Sequence record: MK817115.1
Reading direction: 5' to 3' (one strand)
DNA from: Escherichia phage vB_EcoM_phAPEC6
DNA length: 64,000 nucleotides
The translations under genes and the position numbers were made by a program. Under the pieces are notes generated by a model. It was not told where the DNA came from, made no database searches, and saw only the letters and a program-made list of their open reading frames with translations. Positions 39,251 to 47,575 of the stretch are shown piece after piece (within the stretch, counting starts at the first letter, position 1; every line of letters begins with the position of its first letter).

Positions 39251-39519
39251 AATAAGTACCCCACTTCGTTAGCTTTCAGGTTAGTATCAATCATCAGTGG
39301 ATTTTTGTAGTTCACAAAACGATTAGTTTTCTCGATAGCGAATCCCATATAATCCAGCTTACTAACAGTACATTCATTCTTAAAAACTTCTTTCGCTGCA
39401 TTGATGGCTGATTCAATTGATAACCGACCATCTAAGTTAATGTTTCCAAATGATCCACCAGCAGAAGTAGGATTACCGTTCATATCTTTAATGATCATAG
39501 TAGCGGAGTAGCTAGACAT
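39247..39519 (-). CDS. hypothetical protein
   Basis: ORF-track ORF; cassette upstream. Confidence 0.55.
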   Translation of the reverse strand: MSSYSATMIIKDMNGNPTSAGGSFGNINLDGRLSIESAINAAKEVFKNECTVSKLDYMGFAIEKTNRFVNYKNPLMIDTNLKANEVGYLL

Positions 39520-39603
39520 AATTTTGTTTCCTTTTAGTATCGGGGAGAACTATTCTCCCCTTGATGTAAACTATTATACAGTACTAAGATACTTTGTCAA
39601 TAC
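39520..39603 (-). promoter_or_regulatory. promoter / 5' stem-loop / RBS cassette
   Basis: TTGACA-16-TATAAT variant, GGGGAGAA..TTCTCCCC hairpin. Confidence 0.6.
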
Positions 39604-39825
39604 TTAATTACGTTTAAAATGATATGTGCCTTTATCATCCTGTACGCCCCATACTGATTTACCATCAACACCAGTGAAACCGGATTGTAATTCAATATGG
39701 AAACCATTATTATCAACTACAAAAACTTTTTTATTTTCATCCCGATAACATTGATATTCTGAATCAACATTAAAGGCCGCATCATTCAGAAGATTGGAAG
39801 CGTAAATGCAAGTCATTGTAGTCAT
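39604..39825 (-). CDS. hypothetical protein
   Basis: start at Met26 (MTTMTCIY); track ORF to 39900 reads through leader hairpin. Confidence 0.5.
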   Translation of the reverse strand: MTTMTCIYASNLLNDAAFNVDSEYQCYRDENKKVFVVDNNGFHIELQSGFTGVDGKSVWGVQDDKGTYHFKRN

Positions 39826-39914
39826 GATTTTATTCCTTATTGCCAGGGAGAACCATTTCCCCCTCTCGATATAAAACATTATACTTGATTCTAAGTACAA
39901 TGCAAGTACTTTTT

Positions 39915-40056
39915 ATCAAATACTTTAAAATAGTTTTCAGTACTGAATACTTATATAATAGATACACTTATGCACCCTGTGGGTCAGTGAGTTATCTCTC
40001 AATGAATATATATTAGCAAAGGGACTGACCGGAGTCAATCCCTTTTTTAATCTTTT
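39915..40056 (+). ncRNA. conserved intergenic element, candidate small RNA with bidirectional terminator (copy 2)
   Basis: near-identical to copy 1: TATAATAGATACACTTATGCACCCTGTGGG ... GGGACTGACCGGAGTCAATCCC T-run. Confidence 0.3.
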
Positions 40057-40641
40057 TTATCGTGTTATAGTTACGGCTTTTACATCACGCTTTTTATAGT
40101 ACTGATTCCAGATATTGCGGGTTAAACCGTAATCAAGTACTTTAATAAGTCCATTACGATCCTGGCCGATATTCTGTTTTCTGATATCTCTTATCGTTAG
40201 TGTTGATAATGTATCATCGACGTGTTGTAGTGCATCAGCAAAGCGGTGCTGGCGTTCAATGGCATTACGTTTAATATTGTACTTTAATTCGTTGCACGCG
40301 TTAACGTGCTTCACACTGCCTTTACTTGCAGTACTCAACCGATCCATAACGATAAACATATTATCAGGATCGCATAAATGCATATGCACCTTTGCAAAGT
40401 ACTGTTTCAATTGAGGGCGGTCATAGTCTAAAAAATTCCATACCTTACATTCAGTTTCATTTTGTTCTACACCCGCATCACAATTGGCGACCTTAATCAC
40501 TAACCGATCATTTAAAGCGAATACGATACGGGAAGAACCCGCCCCGATGATCTCCAGGCCAGCTAACCGACAAGCTGAAAGGATCTCTTTGTTGGTTTCC
40601 ATTTCTGACAGTGTACGGATGAATTTAGTATAATTACGCAT
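40057..40641 (-). CDS. putative protein kinase (Hanks-type catalytic motifs)
   Basis: Gly-rich loop IGAGSSRIVF, VIKV lysine, catalytic loop RDIRKQN, DFG-like LDYG; start at Met20 behind AAGGAGA RBS. Confidence 0.6.
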   Translation of the reverse strand: MRNYTKFIRTLSEMETNKEILSACRLAGLEIIGAGSSRIVFALNDRLVIKVANCDAGVEQNETECKVWNFLDYDRPQLKQYFAKVHMHLCDPDNMFIVMDRLSTASKGSVKHVNACNELKYNIKRNAIERQHRFADALQHVDDTLSTLTIRDIRKQNIGQDRNGLIKVLDYGLTRNIWNQYYKKRDVKAVTITR

Positions 40642-40672
40642 TGCATGTTCTCCTTGAGTTAATGAAACTATC

Positions 40673-40915
40673 TTACAGTACTTTACTATCAATGGCAACC
40701 ACTTTTTTCACACTAACCGCGTGAATCACTTCCTTAGTGTTTTTAGTACTGAATACTTTCGCTGTTCCTTGTTCTACTGCAATGCGATAACGACCGTTAA
40801 CATCAACCATATTAATAAAGTCCGGTGTACTAAACCGAGTAGTACGGCATTTCAGTACTGTTAACAATTCCACCAGCGATGTAGTTTCTTTGATACGTTT
40901 TTCTAAAGTAATCAT
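40673..40915 (-). CDS. hypothetical protein
   Basis: ORF-track ORF; TTGACA promoter-like site upstream. Confidence 0.5.
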   Translation of the reverse strand: MITLEKRIKETTSLVELLTVLKCRTTRFSTPDFINMVDVNGRYRIAVEQGTAKVFSTKNTKEVIHAVSVKKVVAIDSKVL

Positions 40916-40973
40916 TTTGTTTTCCCCCGTGTTGGTATGTACATATAGTACTAAAACATTTGAGTACTGTCAA

Positions 40974-41192
40974 TTAGATAATAGAATATTTCTTTAGTGA
41001 TAATGCGTCTTCTGTCGGTTGATATTCTACACCGTTCCCGTTATCAACCTTAGTGAGTAAACCTTTATCAATGAGTTTTTTGATGGTACGGTTTCCCTGT
41101 TGAAAACTGGTGAAGTGTGAATCATTACGAAAGGTATAACCGTGCTTCACTGCTTCATCAATAGTTTTCTTTTCGATTTTAGATAATTTCAT
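40974..41192 (-). CDS. hypothetical protein, possible winged-helix DNA-binding
   Basis: start at Met21 (MKLSKIEKK); TTGACA-17-TATTAT promoter; weak HTH-like pattern only. Confidence 0.45.
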   Translation of the reverse strand: MKLSKIEKKTIDEAVKHGYTFRNDSHFTSFQQGNRTIKKLIDKGLLTKVDNGNGVEYQPTEDALSLKKYSII

Positions 41193-41248
41193 TTTGTTTC
41201 TCTCTCTGTGTTGGTATAGATACATAATACTAAAACAATTGAGTACTG

Positions 41249-41503
41249 TCAACGTGATATTAGTTTTATTTTTTTATTGTATTGTTGGTGTTCATATAGA
41301 TTAATTTTTCCAGTACTCTCAATTACTATTCTATTGTTAGTGTCTACATCGATAACACGTAGTTTCCCGTTGCTTAACTTCCTGGGTAATAGACTACCAT
41401 TAATAAACTCATTAGCAAGCTGTACGGCCTTTGTGATGATTCTCTGTGGTGCTTTATAGTGTACCCGCAAGATATTATCTTTAGATAGTTGTACCTTCAT
41501 CAT
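41249..41503 (-). CDS. hypothetical protein
   Basis: ORF-track ORF downstream of terminator. Confidence 0.45.
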   Translation of the reverse strand: MMKVQLSKDNILRVHYKAPQRIITKAVQLANEFINGSLLPRKLSNGKLRVIDVDTNNRIVIESTGKINLYEHQQYNKKIKLISR

Positions 41504-41512
41504 TTTAGTTTA

Positions 41513-41545
41513 TCCTATAAAAAAAGGCGGGAACTGAACCCGCCG
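41513..41545 (-). terminator. rho-independent terminator
   Basis: GGCGGG..CCCGCC hairpin followed by T7 on minus strand. Confidence 0.6.
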
Positions 41546-41567
41546 TGTTGTTAGTACTGCAAAGTTA

Positions 41568-41963
41568 TTAGATAACCTGGCGGCGTTTACTGTATACTGT
41601 TACACGGTTTCCTTTACGGTCATGACGGATCTCTTTCTGGTTACGAATCAGTTCACTTGGACGCTTAAGGTTTGCCAGGTGATCCGCGTGAGTCCATGCA
41701 TTTGCGTTAACTGTAACTTCAATATCAGAACCTTTCAAAAAGTCATCTTGAGCGTTCAGTACTTCAGCCAGTTCTTGAGCTTGCTTTAGTTCTGCTTCAG
41801 TAAGTACAGGCTCAGGTGAATTCACAATATCAGAGATCTCTTTGAACTGTACCGCCCAGCGTTGTCCTTTCGGTGCATCTTTGCCCATGTCTTTAAATGT
41901 TTCACCTTCTTCACGAGCAACGATGCGAGCTTGTTCACGGGTAGCGAAGAATTTAGTAATCAT
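41568..41963 (-). CDS. hypothetical protein (FATREQAR paralog 1)
   Basis: paralog of 53585..53851 (KYFATREQARIAAR, DRKGNRVTVY); consensus TTGACA-17-TATAAT promoter; start by analogy at Met4. Confidence 0.55.
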   Translation of the reverse strand: MITKFFATREQARIVAREEGETFKDMGKDAPKGQRWAVQFKEISDIVNSPEPVLTEAELKQAQELAEVLNAQDDFLKGSDIEVTVNANAWTHADHLANLKRPSELIRNQKEIRHDRKGNRVTVYSKRRQVI

Positions 41964-42062
41964 GGTGTACATCCTATTAGTTAAGTTAATTAGTACTACA
42001 AGTTAGAGTCTATTATAAAGTACTATCTGGGCAATGTCAAATAGTACTTTAAATGGATTCTA

Positions 42063-42386
42063 TTACATGTCTTTTTTACGTTTTACATCGTAGTAACGAA
42101 CTGTAATTTCTTTGTTGATCTCATCCTCAATTCTGTGTAGTACTTTCTCTTTCGGGTTGAAACCTATTACAGTTTCTTTAATGATCTCCAAGCCCGTGTA
42201 TTCGCCTTGTGTACCGTAACCGTAAGTAAAGGTTTCATGTCCCAGGTCTTCCCAGCGGTCACCAATCAATGCAGACACGTAGCATGAGTGGTAAGTATTG
42301 CCGTGGCTATCAGTCCACCGATTAACTTTAATGTCAAAGGAAGTTACAATTTTCATTTCTACTTTCTGGGCAAGGATCATAGTCAT
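42063..42386 (-). CDS. hypothetical protein (YGYG/DVKRKKD paralog 1)
   Basis: paralog of 48255..48599; cassette upstream. Confidence 0.55.
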   Translation of the reverse strand: MTMILAQKVEMKIVTSFDIKVNRWTDSHGNTYHSCYVSALIGDRWEDLGHETFTYGYGTQGEYTGLEIIKETVIGFNPKEKVLHRIEDEINKEITVRYYDVKRKKDM

Positions 42387-42473
42387 TTTAATTTCTCTCT
42401 TTTTGTTAGGAAGGGAACCATTCCCCTCACTTGATGTAAACTATTATACAGTACTAAGATACTTTGTCAATAC
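42387..42473 (-). promoter_or_regulatory. promoter / 5' stem-loop / RBS cassette
   Basis: TTGACA-16-TATAAT and GGGAACCATTCCC hairpin. Confidence 0.6.
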
Positions 42474-42749
42474 TTAAGTATTGTAAATGTCGTGAATAGT
42501 GATAAAGTTTTTACGACCGTAAACATGTAAATCAGTATCAATGTAGTGCTTATCAAGTACATCCTCGACGCTTAAAGCCGTGTCGTGAATATCTTCATAG
42601 AATTGTGGATCTACAATCTTACTTAAATCATCCGGCGTTAACTTATCATTGAGCCATTGCACCGCCTGGATATCTGCATCACGTTTCCAGTCTTCCAGGT
42701 TAGTAGTCAGTACTTGCTCGATTTCGTTAGCTGTCAGTAGAATCCGCAT
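42474..42749 (-). CDS. hypothetical protein
   Basis: ORF-track ORF; cassette upstream. Confidence 0.55.
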   Translation of the reverse strand: MRILLTANEIEQVLTTNLEDWKRDADIQAVQWLNDKLTPDDLSKIVDPQFYEDIHDTALSVEDVLDKHYIDTDLHVYGRKNFITIHDIYNT

Positions 42750-42838
42750 TTTAATTTCTCTCTTTGTTAGGTGGGGAACTATTCCCCACTTGATGTAAAA
42801 TATTATACAGTACTAAAAACTATTGTCAAACTATTTTA

Positions 42839-43039
42839 TCAAATTGTTTCCCATTTCATGTTACCCGCTTTACGCTGTGAAACAGGAATAAACATGTTAT
42901 TAATGTTACTAATATAACCGACCTGTAAGTCACGCTGTGAACCATACGCCCGACTTGCTGCATTTTTAGCACCGCGTTCTGATTTATAAACGCCGCTGGA
43001 TACTGTAAAGCCTACTACACCGAAAGTAAAATGTTTCAT
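42839..43039 (-). CDS. hypothetical protein
   Basis: ORF-track ORF behind tandem promoters. Confidence 0.5.
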   Translation of the reverse strand: MKHFTFGVVGFTVSSGVYKSERGAKNAASRAYGSQRDLQVGYISNINNMFIPVSQRKAGNMKWETI

Positions 43040-43250
43040 TTTGTATTCCTCTTTGTGGTTGATGTAAGTATTATACTCGTTTAATTTCTATTGTCAAACT
43101 ATTTTATCAGGGGAGGTTTTCGTATGTCTTACTCCTGGACTACTTAACGGGGTTACTTATTTCGTTCCCCGTCCTGATGTAAAACATTATACTTGATTCT
43201 AAGTACAATGCAAGTACTTTTTAAAAATAGTTTTCAGTACTTGATAGTAC
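43040..43250 (-). promoter_or_regulatory. tandem promoters separated by ~80-nt structured leader element
   Basis: two -35/-10 pairs; between them ACGGGG..CCCCGT and CAGGAG..CTCCCCTG stems; element recurs near 49950 and 52910. Confidence 0.5.
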
Positions 43251-43356
43251 TAGCCACCAGCATATAATAGATACATTTATGCACCCTGTGGGTTAGATTG
43301 TTTCTATGCATATATAATAGCAAAGGGACTGACCGGAGTCAATCCCTTTTTTAAAT
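43245..43356 (+). ncRNA. conserved intergenic element, candidate small RNA with bidirectional terminator (copy 3)
   Basis: same core and terminator hairpin as copies 1 and 2. Confidence 0.3.
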
Positions 43357-43360
43357 CTTT

Positions 43361-43510
43361 TTAAACTTGTTTTGGGTTGCGATATGTGATAGCGTTCGGG
43401 TACATTTGTTTAATGTTATTCCATGCCTGGTTAACATTGTAACCACTTGATCGAATCAGTTGGTTACTTCCTACGCCCTGAAACACTACTTCGAATAAGA
43501 ATTCTTTCAT
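43361..43510 (-). CDS. small hypothetical protein (49 aa)
   Basis: hand-translated ORF, ATGA overlap with upstream gene; below track cutoff. Confidence 0.35.
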   Translation of the reverse strand: MKEFLFEVVFQGVGSNQLIRSSGYNVNQAWNNIKQMYPNAITYRNPKQV

Positions 43511-43677
43511 GCTGCAATCCCCTCTGATTTACCTTTACGCCAGGCGTTAGCCAGTTCATTACGTTGCCATACATCCAATGCAATGTATAGTTTAGCAGTA
43601 TCCCCTTTAGGGTATTCGCCAGTAGTGCCTAACCGATAAAACAGATCTTTCAGTACTGATAATTCTACTTGGATCAT
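43507..43677 (-). CDS. small hypothetical protein (56 aa)
   Basis: hand-translated ORF in operon. Confidence 0.35.
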   Translation of the reverse strand: MIQVELSVLKDLFYRLGTTGEYPKGDTAKLYIALDVWQRNELANAWRKGKSEGIAA

Positions 43678-43766
43678 TGTATTACTCCTGATTGTGTTAG
43701 TACTTCTACGATGGCATGAATGATCATAAGTACAGCTAACACAACAATCATCGGATTCATTTGCAT
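43674..43766 (-). CDS. small hydrophobic peptide (30 aa)
   Basis: MQMNPMIVVLAVLMIIHAIVEVL; AAGGAG RBS; overlapping stop/start with next ORF. Confidence 0.35.
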   Translation of the reverse strand: MQMNPMIVVLAVLMIIHAIVEVLTQSGVIQ

Positions 43767-43783
43767 AAGCTGTACTCCTTCTA

Positions 43784-43996
43784 TTAATCTTTCAGCCAAT
43801 GATCTTGAATGAATTTTTCACAGAATCCCTGTTTCATAGATTCTAACAGGCGTTCACGGTGAGCGGCGGCATATTGCTCAGTACTATGCGTTACGCCAGG
43901 TTGATAACGTGAAACACCGTCCGGTCCGATATATTGAACATCCCACGGTTTTTCGTTAGTATCAGACCATTTACGAACGATTAGTTGACCTTGCAT
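43784..43996 (-). CDS. hypothetical protein
   Basis: ORF-track ORF; cassette upstream. Confidence 0.55.
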   Translation of the reverse strand: MQGQLIVRKWSDTNEKPWDVQYIGPDGVSRYQPGVTHSTEQYAAAHRERLLESMKQGFCEKFIQDHWLKD

Positions 43997-44081
43997 GTTT
44001 CTTTCCTCTTAGTGGGGAGAATCATTTCTCCCCTTCATGTAAACTATTATACAGTACTATAATCTATTGTCCAGTACTTTT

Positions 44082-44270
44082 TTACAGTTTATGAATCAAT
44101 TCTTTATCTAAGCGATAGCGTACATTATTAATGGTAACAGCATTATTTTTAATGCTACGCTGTACTGGCCCACCAGCAATAACAAACGTTGCTTTATTAC
44201 CCCGAACAATGATAGCACTACCAGGATTGCCAAAATCATCTTGTACTAAAATACTTGATAAGTTTTCCAT
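44082..44270 (-). CDS. hypothetical protein
   Basis: start at Met3 behind AAGAGG RBS (track ORF to 44276). Confidence 0.5.
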   Translation of the reverse strand: MENLSSILVQDDFGNPGSAIIVRGNKATFVIAGGPVQRSIKNNAVTINNVRYRLDKELIHKL

Positions 44271-44348
44271 TTTCATTTCCTCTTAGTAGGGGAAGACGTT
44301 TCCCCTTGATGTAAGTACTATAACAGTACTGGAAACTAAATGCAAGTA

Positions 44349-44705
44349 CTACGATAAAATCATGATAGGATATTCACTATCGATCAGTACTTCAAATCCA
44401 AAACTTTCATACCATTCTTTAAGATTAAAGGCGTTATCTTCTCCCGTATCGCATTCTAAAATGATACAATCTGAATCATCGGCGGCATCAATAAAGGCGT
44501 TCATCAATTCCGTACCTTCACCATTACCCCGACTAGCAGGATCAACATAAAGAGAATCAATAAACGCTACACGGTCATAATCAAGATCCGGTGCAATGAT
44601 TCCACGTTTAACAAACCAGTACTGCAATTGTGCTACTTTGCCCTGTACTTGATAGCCAGTGATCTCGCCATTGTCAGTAGTACGCGTGGTATGTTGTATT
44701 CCCAT
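44349..44705 (-). CDS. GNAT-family N-acetyltransferase
   Basis: motif A-like RGNGEGTELMNAF; consensus TTGACA-16-TATAAT promoter and GAGGA RBS. Confidence 0.55.
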   Translation of the reverse strand: MGIQHTTRTTDNGEITGYQVQGKVAQLQYWFVKRGIIAPDLDYDRVAFIDSLYVDPASRGNGEGTELMNAFIDAADDSDCIILECDTGEDNAFNLKEWYESFGFEVLIDSEYPIMILS

Positions 44706-44768
44706 GATTTCTATCCTCAGTTAAGATATAAAATATTATACACTATCTTTCAGTACTGTCAATACTTT

Positions 44769-45026
44769 TTATCTCATAGATCTATGCCAACAATTACGCG
44801 GATCTCTTTTAAAAGTACTATCATGATCCTCCTGGCAAGTTATGCAATACTTACATCCCTTAACAGCCTGGCGGCGATTCTCAGGGATTTTATCGCCACA
44901 GTCGAGGCAATGTATCAGTGATTCTATTTGTGCGTTAATTTGCTTTCTAGCGTGGTTTACGGCGGCCTGAATCACTGCGTTAATCTCGTCTTGCTCGGCC
45001 CCGTCTTTCGCGAATCCTACAGCCAT
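44769..45026 (-). CDS. TraR/DksA-family C4 zinc-finger protein
   Basis: CLDC-x17-CITC with IPENRR between cysteines. Confidence 0.6.
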   Translation of the reverse strand: MAVGFAKDGAEQDEINAVIQAAVNHARKQINAQIESLIHCLDCGDKIPENRRQAVKGCKYCITCQEDHDSTFKRDPRNCWHRSMR

Positions 45027-45223
45027 TATTTTAACTTTTTTCTGTCATTGATTAATGCTTTCAGTACTATACTAATGATTTGCAATGATTCATCAATAAC
45101 TATAAAATTATTTTCTTTCATTAGATGATAGTTACCATTGATATTATATTCTAACGAGTACTGTTTACGTTTAATTTTTGATAATGTTTCTATTTGTTTT
45201 TGTACTGATTTCATGCTAATCAT
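45026..45223 (-). CDS. hypothetical protein
   Basis: ORF-track ORF; stop overlaps start of the zinc-finger gene. Confidence 0.45.
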   Translation of the reverse strand: MISMKSVQKQIETLSKIKRKQYSLEYNINGNYHLMKENNFIVIDESLQIISIVLKALINDRKKLK

Positions 45224-45328
45224 TGTTAAACGTCCTGTAACGCATTCTAACGAGATAAACGGTTTAGTACTGGCATTGTATAGGGTAATGGATTAAAGCC
45301 CACCAGCGTTAACCAGTGGGCTATAATC

Positions 45329-45472
45329 TTACATCTTGCGGATAATCTTAACAGTATCTTTCACCGATTTACCGTTTTGCTGACATTGTTCGATCATCGC
45401 GTATTGTTCTGCGGTCAGATCCTCGCCAGTTTTTGCCAGTACTGCATCGATGAATGAATCTAGTGCGATCAT
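45329..45472 (-). CDS. small hypothetical protein (47 aa)
   Basis: hand-translated ORF between cassette and terminator hairpin AGCCCAC..GTGGGCT. Confidence 0.4.
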   Translation of the reverse strand: MIALDSFIDAVLAKTGEDLTAEQYAMIEQCQQNGKSVKDTVKIIRKM

Positions 45473-45570
45473 TTTGTTTCTCTCTTAGGTTAAGTTAACT
45501 ACTGTTTATAAAACTTATTATACAGTACTATCAAACTATGTCAATATCTTTAATAGTACTGGTAATATAT

Positions 45571-45741
45571 TTTAGCGGTAGTCGTCGTATGCTTTATTCA
45601 CCTGGCGAATGTAACTTTCAAAGGCTTCGTCTACCGTTTCATACTCCCGAACATAATCACCATAGGAAACTACATACATCCCTTTTTGATCTTCAAACGT
45701 CATGATGATAGAATCCAGGCCGATGATTTCAGTTTTTGCGA
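45571..45741 (-). CDS. small hypothetical protein (56 aa)
   Basis: hand-translated ORF preceded by cassette. Confidence 0.4.
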
Positions 45742-45832
45742 TGATAGCCATTTTTAATTCCTTAGTAGTGTAGTTGATAAAACTTATTATACAGTACTAT
45801 CAAACTATGTCAATAGTACTGTGATAATATTT

Positions 45833-46045
45833 TTAGTTAATGATAGTCAGTGTAAAATTGTAATCCCCTGCCTGGTATAGTACTTTGTCGCCGAACGTAC
45901 CAACACGTTTCATATTGCAATAGATACCCATAACACTTTTTACATCTTTGATATTCCGAACGCCTGTGATATCCTTGTTGAAATTTTCATGATCAGAAAA
46001 TAAAACTTGTTTTGCATTTTTCAGTACAGTGCAGATATTAGCCAT
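45833..46045 (-). CDS. hypothetical protein
   Basis: ORF-track ORF; cassette upstream. Confidence 0.55.
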   Translation of the reverse strand: MANICTVLKNAKQVLFSDHENFNKDITGVRNIKDVKSVMGIYCNMKRVGTFGDKVLYQAGDYNFTLTIIN

Positions 46046-46138
46046 TTTGATTTCTCTTTGTTAGTGGGGAGAACTATTCTCCCCTTGATGTAACTTATTA
46101 TACAGTACTATAATCTATTGTCAAACTATTTTTTAATA
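46046..46138 (-). promoter_or_regulatory. promoter / 5' stem-loop / RBS cassette
   Basis: TTGACA variant, GGGGAGAACTATTCTCCCC hairpin, AAAGAGAAA RBS. Confidence 0.6.
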
Positions 46139-46480
46139 TTATTCAAAATCTTCTGGACCGGACTGATAATCATCTTCACCGTATGCACTTTCTAACTTCT
46201 CGCCAGTGTGATCATCAGTTAGTGAGTCATCCTCATAGTTCACGTCTACGCCCGTGATGTAAAACTGGCTATCGTCTGGATCATTGAAATTAATTTTCTG
46301 AATGTTTACAATAACGGTATTGATGCCCAGGACACCGCCATCAGCAGTTACAAAGTACTGATAGTTTTCACAACCGCCTGTATTGAAACCGTAATTAATT
46401 TCGGCCCGACCATCATTTAAACGCAGTGCCTGGGCGATGATTTCGTTTTCAAAGTTAGATTGAGCAATTGAGATAGTCAT
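46139..46480 (-). CDS. hypothetical acidic protein
   Basis: start at Met22 (MTISIAQ); track ORF begins at TTG inside leader. Confidence 0.55.
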   Translation of the reverse strand: MTISIAQSNFENEIIAQALRLNDGRAEINYGFNTGGCENYQYFVTADGGVLGINTVIVNIQKINFNDPDDSQFYITGVDVNYEDDSLTDDHTGEKLESAYGEDDYQSGPEDFE

Positions 46481-46564
46481 GATTCGTTTCCTTATTACCA
46501 GGGGAAACCGTTTCCCCTCTCGATGTAAAACATTATACGCCAATTGAGATAGTTTGCAAGTACT

Positions 46565-46690
46565 TTTTAAAAATAGTTTTCAGTACTCAATACTTATATA
46601 ATAGATACACTTATGCACCCGGTGGGCTAGTGAGCTATCTCTCAATGAATATATAATAGCAAAATGGCTGACCGAAGTCAACCACTTTTT
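46565..46690 (+). ncRNA. conserved intergenic element, candidate small RNA with bidirectional terminator (copy 4)
   Basis: same architecture, hairpin variant GGCTGACCGAAGTCAACC. Confidence 0.3.
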
Positions 46691-46694
46691 TCAT

Positions 46695-46829
46695 TTATTT
46701 TTTAGCTTTCAGTACTGCCGCCTTTCGCGTCATGCCTTGCTTAATGTACTCCTTTACTTTCGCTTTACGTGCTTTCGCTTTATCTGCTTTCGTTTTAGGA
46801 GTACTGTAAATTAAACCGTTAGGATTCAT
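46695..46829 (-). CDS. small lysine-rich hypothetical protein (44 aa)
   Basis: hand-translated ORF. Confidence 0.35.
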   Translation of the reverse strand: MNPNGLIYSTPKTKADKAKARKAKVKEYIKQGMTRKAAVLKAKK

Positions 46830-46919
46830 TTAAATCACCATAAAGAATAGATAGGTTACTAACAATGCCGCGATCAATGCACCGATCACCGCTGAACTGT
46901 AATAAGCTAATGATTTCAT
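46830..46919 (-). CDS. small hydrophobic peptide (29 aa)
   Basis: MKSLAYYSSAVIGALIAALLVTYLFFMVI. Confidence 0.3.
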   Translation of the reverse strand: MKSLAYYSSAVIGALIAALLVTYLFFMVI

Positions 46920-47068
46920 TTTTTAGCCTGGAAGTAATGTTTAATTTGTGCGGCGGTCAGTGCACAATTACGCAGGAAGTTTTCTGTATAACTGCGGCGA
47001 GTACTGAAAGAGAATTGACCTTTGCCGTTACCGATAGTAACATCAAACCGAGCGTTGTATTGTTTCAT
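46916..47068 (-). CDS. hypothetical protein
   Basis: start at Met11 (MKQYNARF) after cassette; track ORF to 47098. Confidence 0.5.
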   Translation of the reverse strand: MKQYNARFDVTIGNGKGQFSFSTRRSYTENFLRNCALTAAQIKHYFQAKK

Positions 47069-47149
47069 TTTGTTTCTCCTGTTATTGGGGAGAATCATTT
47101 CTCCCCTTCATGTAAAACATTATACAGTACTAAAAACTAATTGCAAGTA
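47069..47149 (-). promoter_or_regulatory. promoter / 5' stem-loop / RBS cassette
   Basis: TTGCAA -35, TATAAT, GGGGAGAATCATTTCTCCCC hairpin. Confidence 0.6.
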
Positions 47150-47296
47150 CTATTTTTTAGATTTACGCAAACTTTCTACCATCTCAGGAGTAAGGCCAGG
47201 CGGGTAGGAAACCACTTCATCAACGAAACGTAAAGGGAATACCCCAGCGAAAGGTGAACATGCTTTCTTAGTATTACTCTTTTTTGATGCTTTCAT
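47150..47296 (-). CDS. small hypothetical protein (48 aa)
   Basis: hand-translated ORF with cassette upstream. Confidence 0.35.
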   Translation of the reverse strand: MKASKKSNTKKACSPFAGVFPLRFVDEVVSYPPGLTPEMVESLRKSKK

Positions 47297-47365
47297 TTCA
47301 TATTCCTTAATTAGTGGAGAGAATCATTTCTCCCCTTCATGTAAAACATTATACGCGTTTAAAAA

Positions 47366-47575
47366 CTAATTGCAAGTATTATTTGAAAGTAAATGCTCAT
47401 ACGCTGCATTAACTACGTTTTCAATAACCGACTGTACAGAAAGATCCCCCACGTCCTGGCTATAGTAGAAATCGCTTACAGTACTATCATCGTATGCAAA
47501 TACTTTACCAGGATCTGCATCAATCACATACATATTAACCTTTAAGATGTCGATCTTATCCTGTACAGTAAGCAT
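47366..47575 (-). CDS. hypothetical protein
   Basis: ORF-track ORF; AAGG RBS. Confidence 0.5.
   Translation of the reverse strand: MLTVQDKIDILKVNMYVIDADPGKVFAYDDSTVSDFYYSQDVGDLSVQSVIENVVNAAYEHLLSNNTCN

Noticed and set aside
39826-39900. N-terminal extensions of track ORFs through the leader hairpin (e.g. MYLESSIMFYIERGKWF at 39604..39900, MFYIERGKRF at 48911..49195, MFYIESGN at 54270..54689, MHRGRYPPPLIRSTK at 38416..38685)
   Set aside because: The extensions are translations of the conserved promoter/hairpin cassette, often starting at TTG; the proper Met sits 5-10 nt after the RBS downstream of the hairpin.
43085-43170. Seven-codon plus-strand mini-ORF (ATG TCT TAC TCC TGG ACT ACT TAA) with GGGGAGG RBS inside the structured leader
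   Set aside because: In the second copy (about 52925) the ATG is GTG and two codons change; conservation fits RNA structure better than a peptide.
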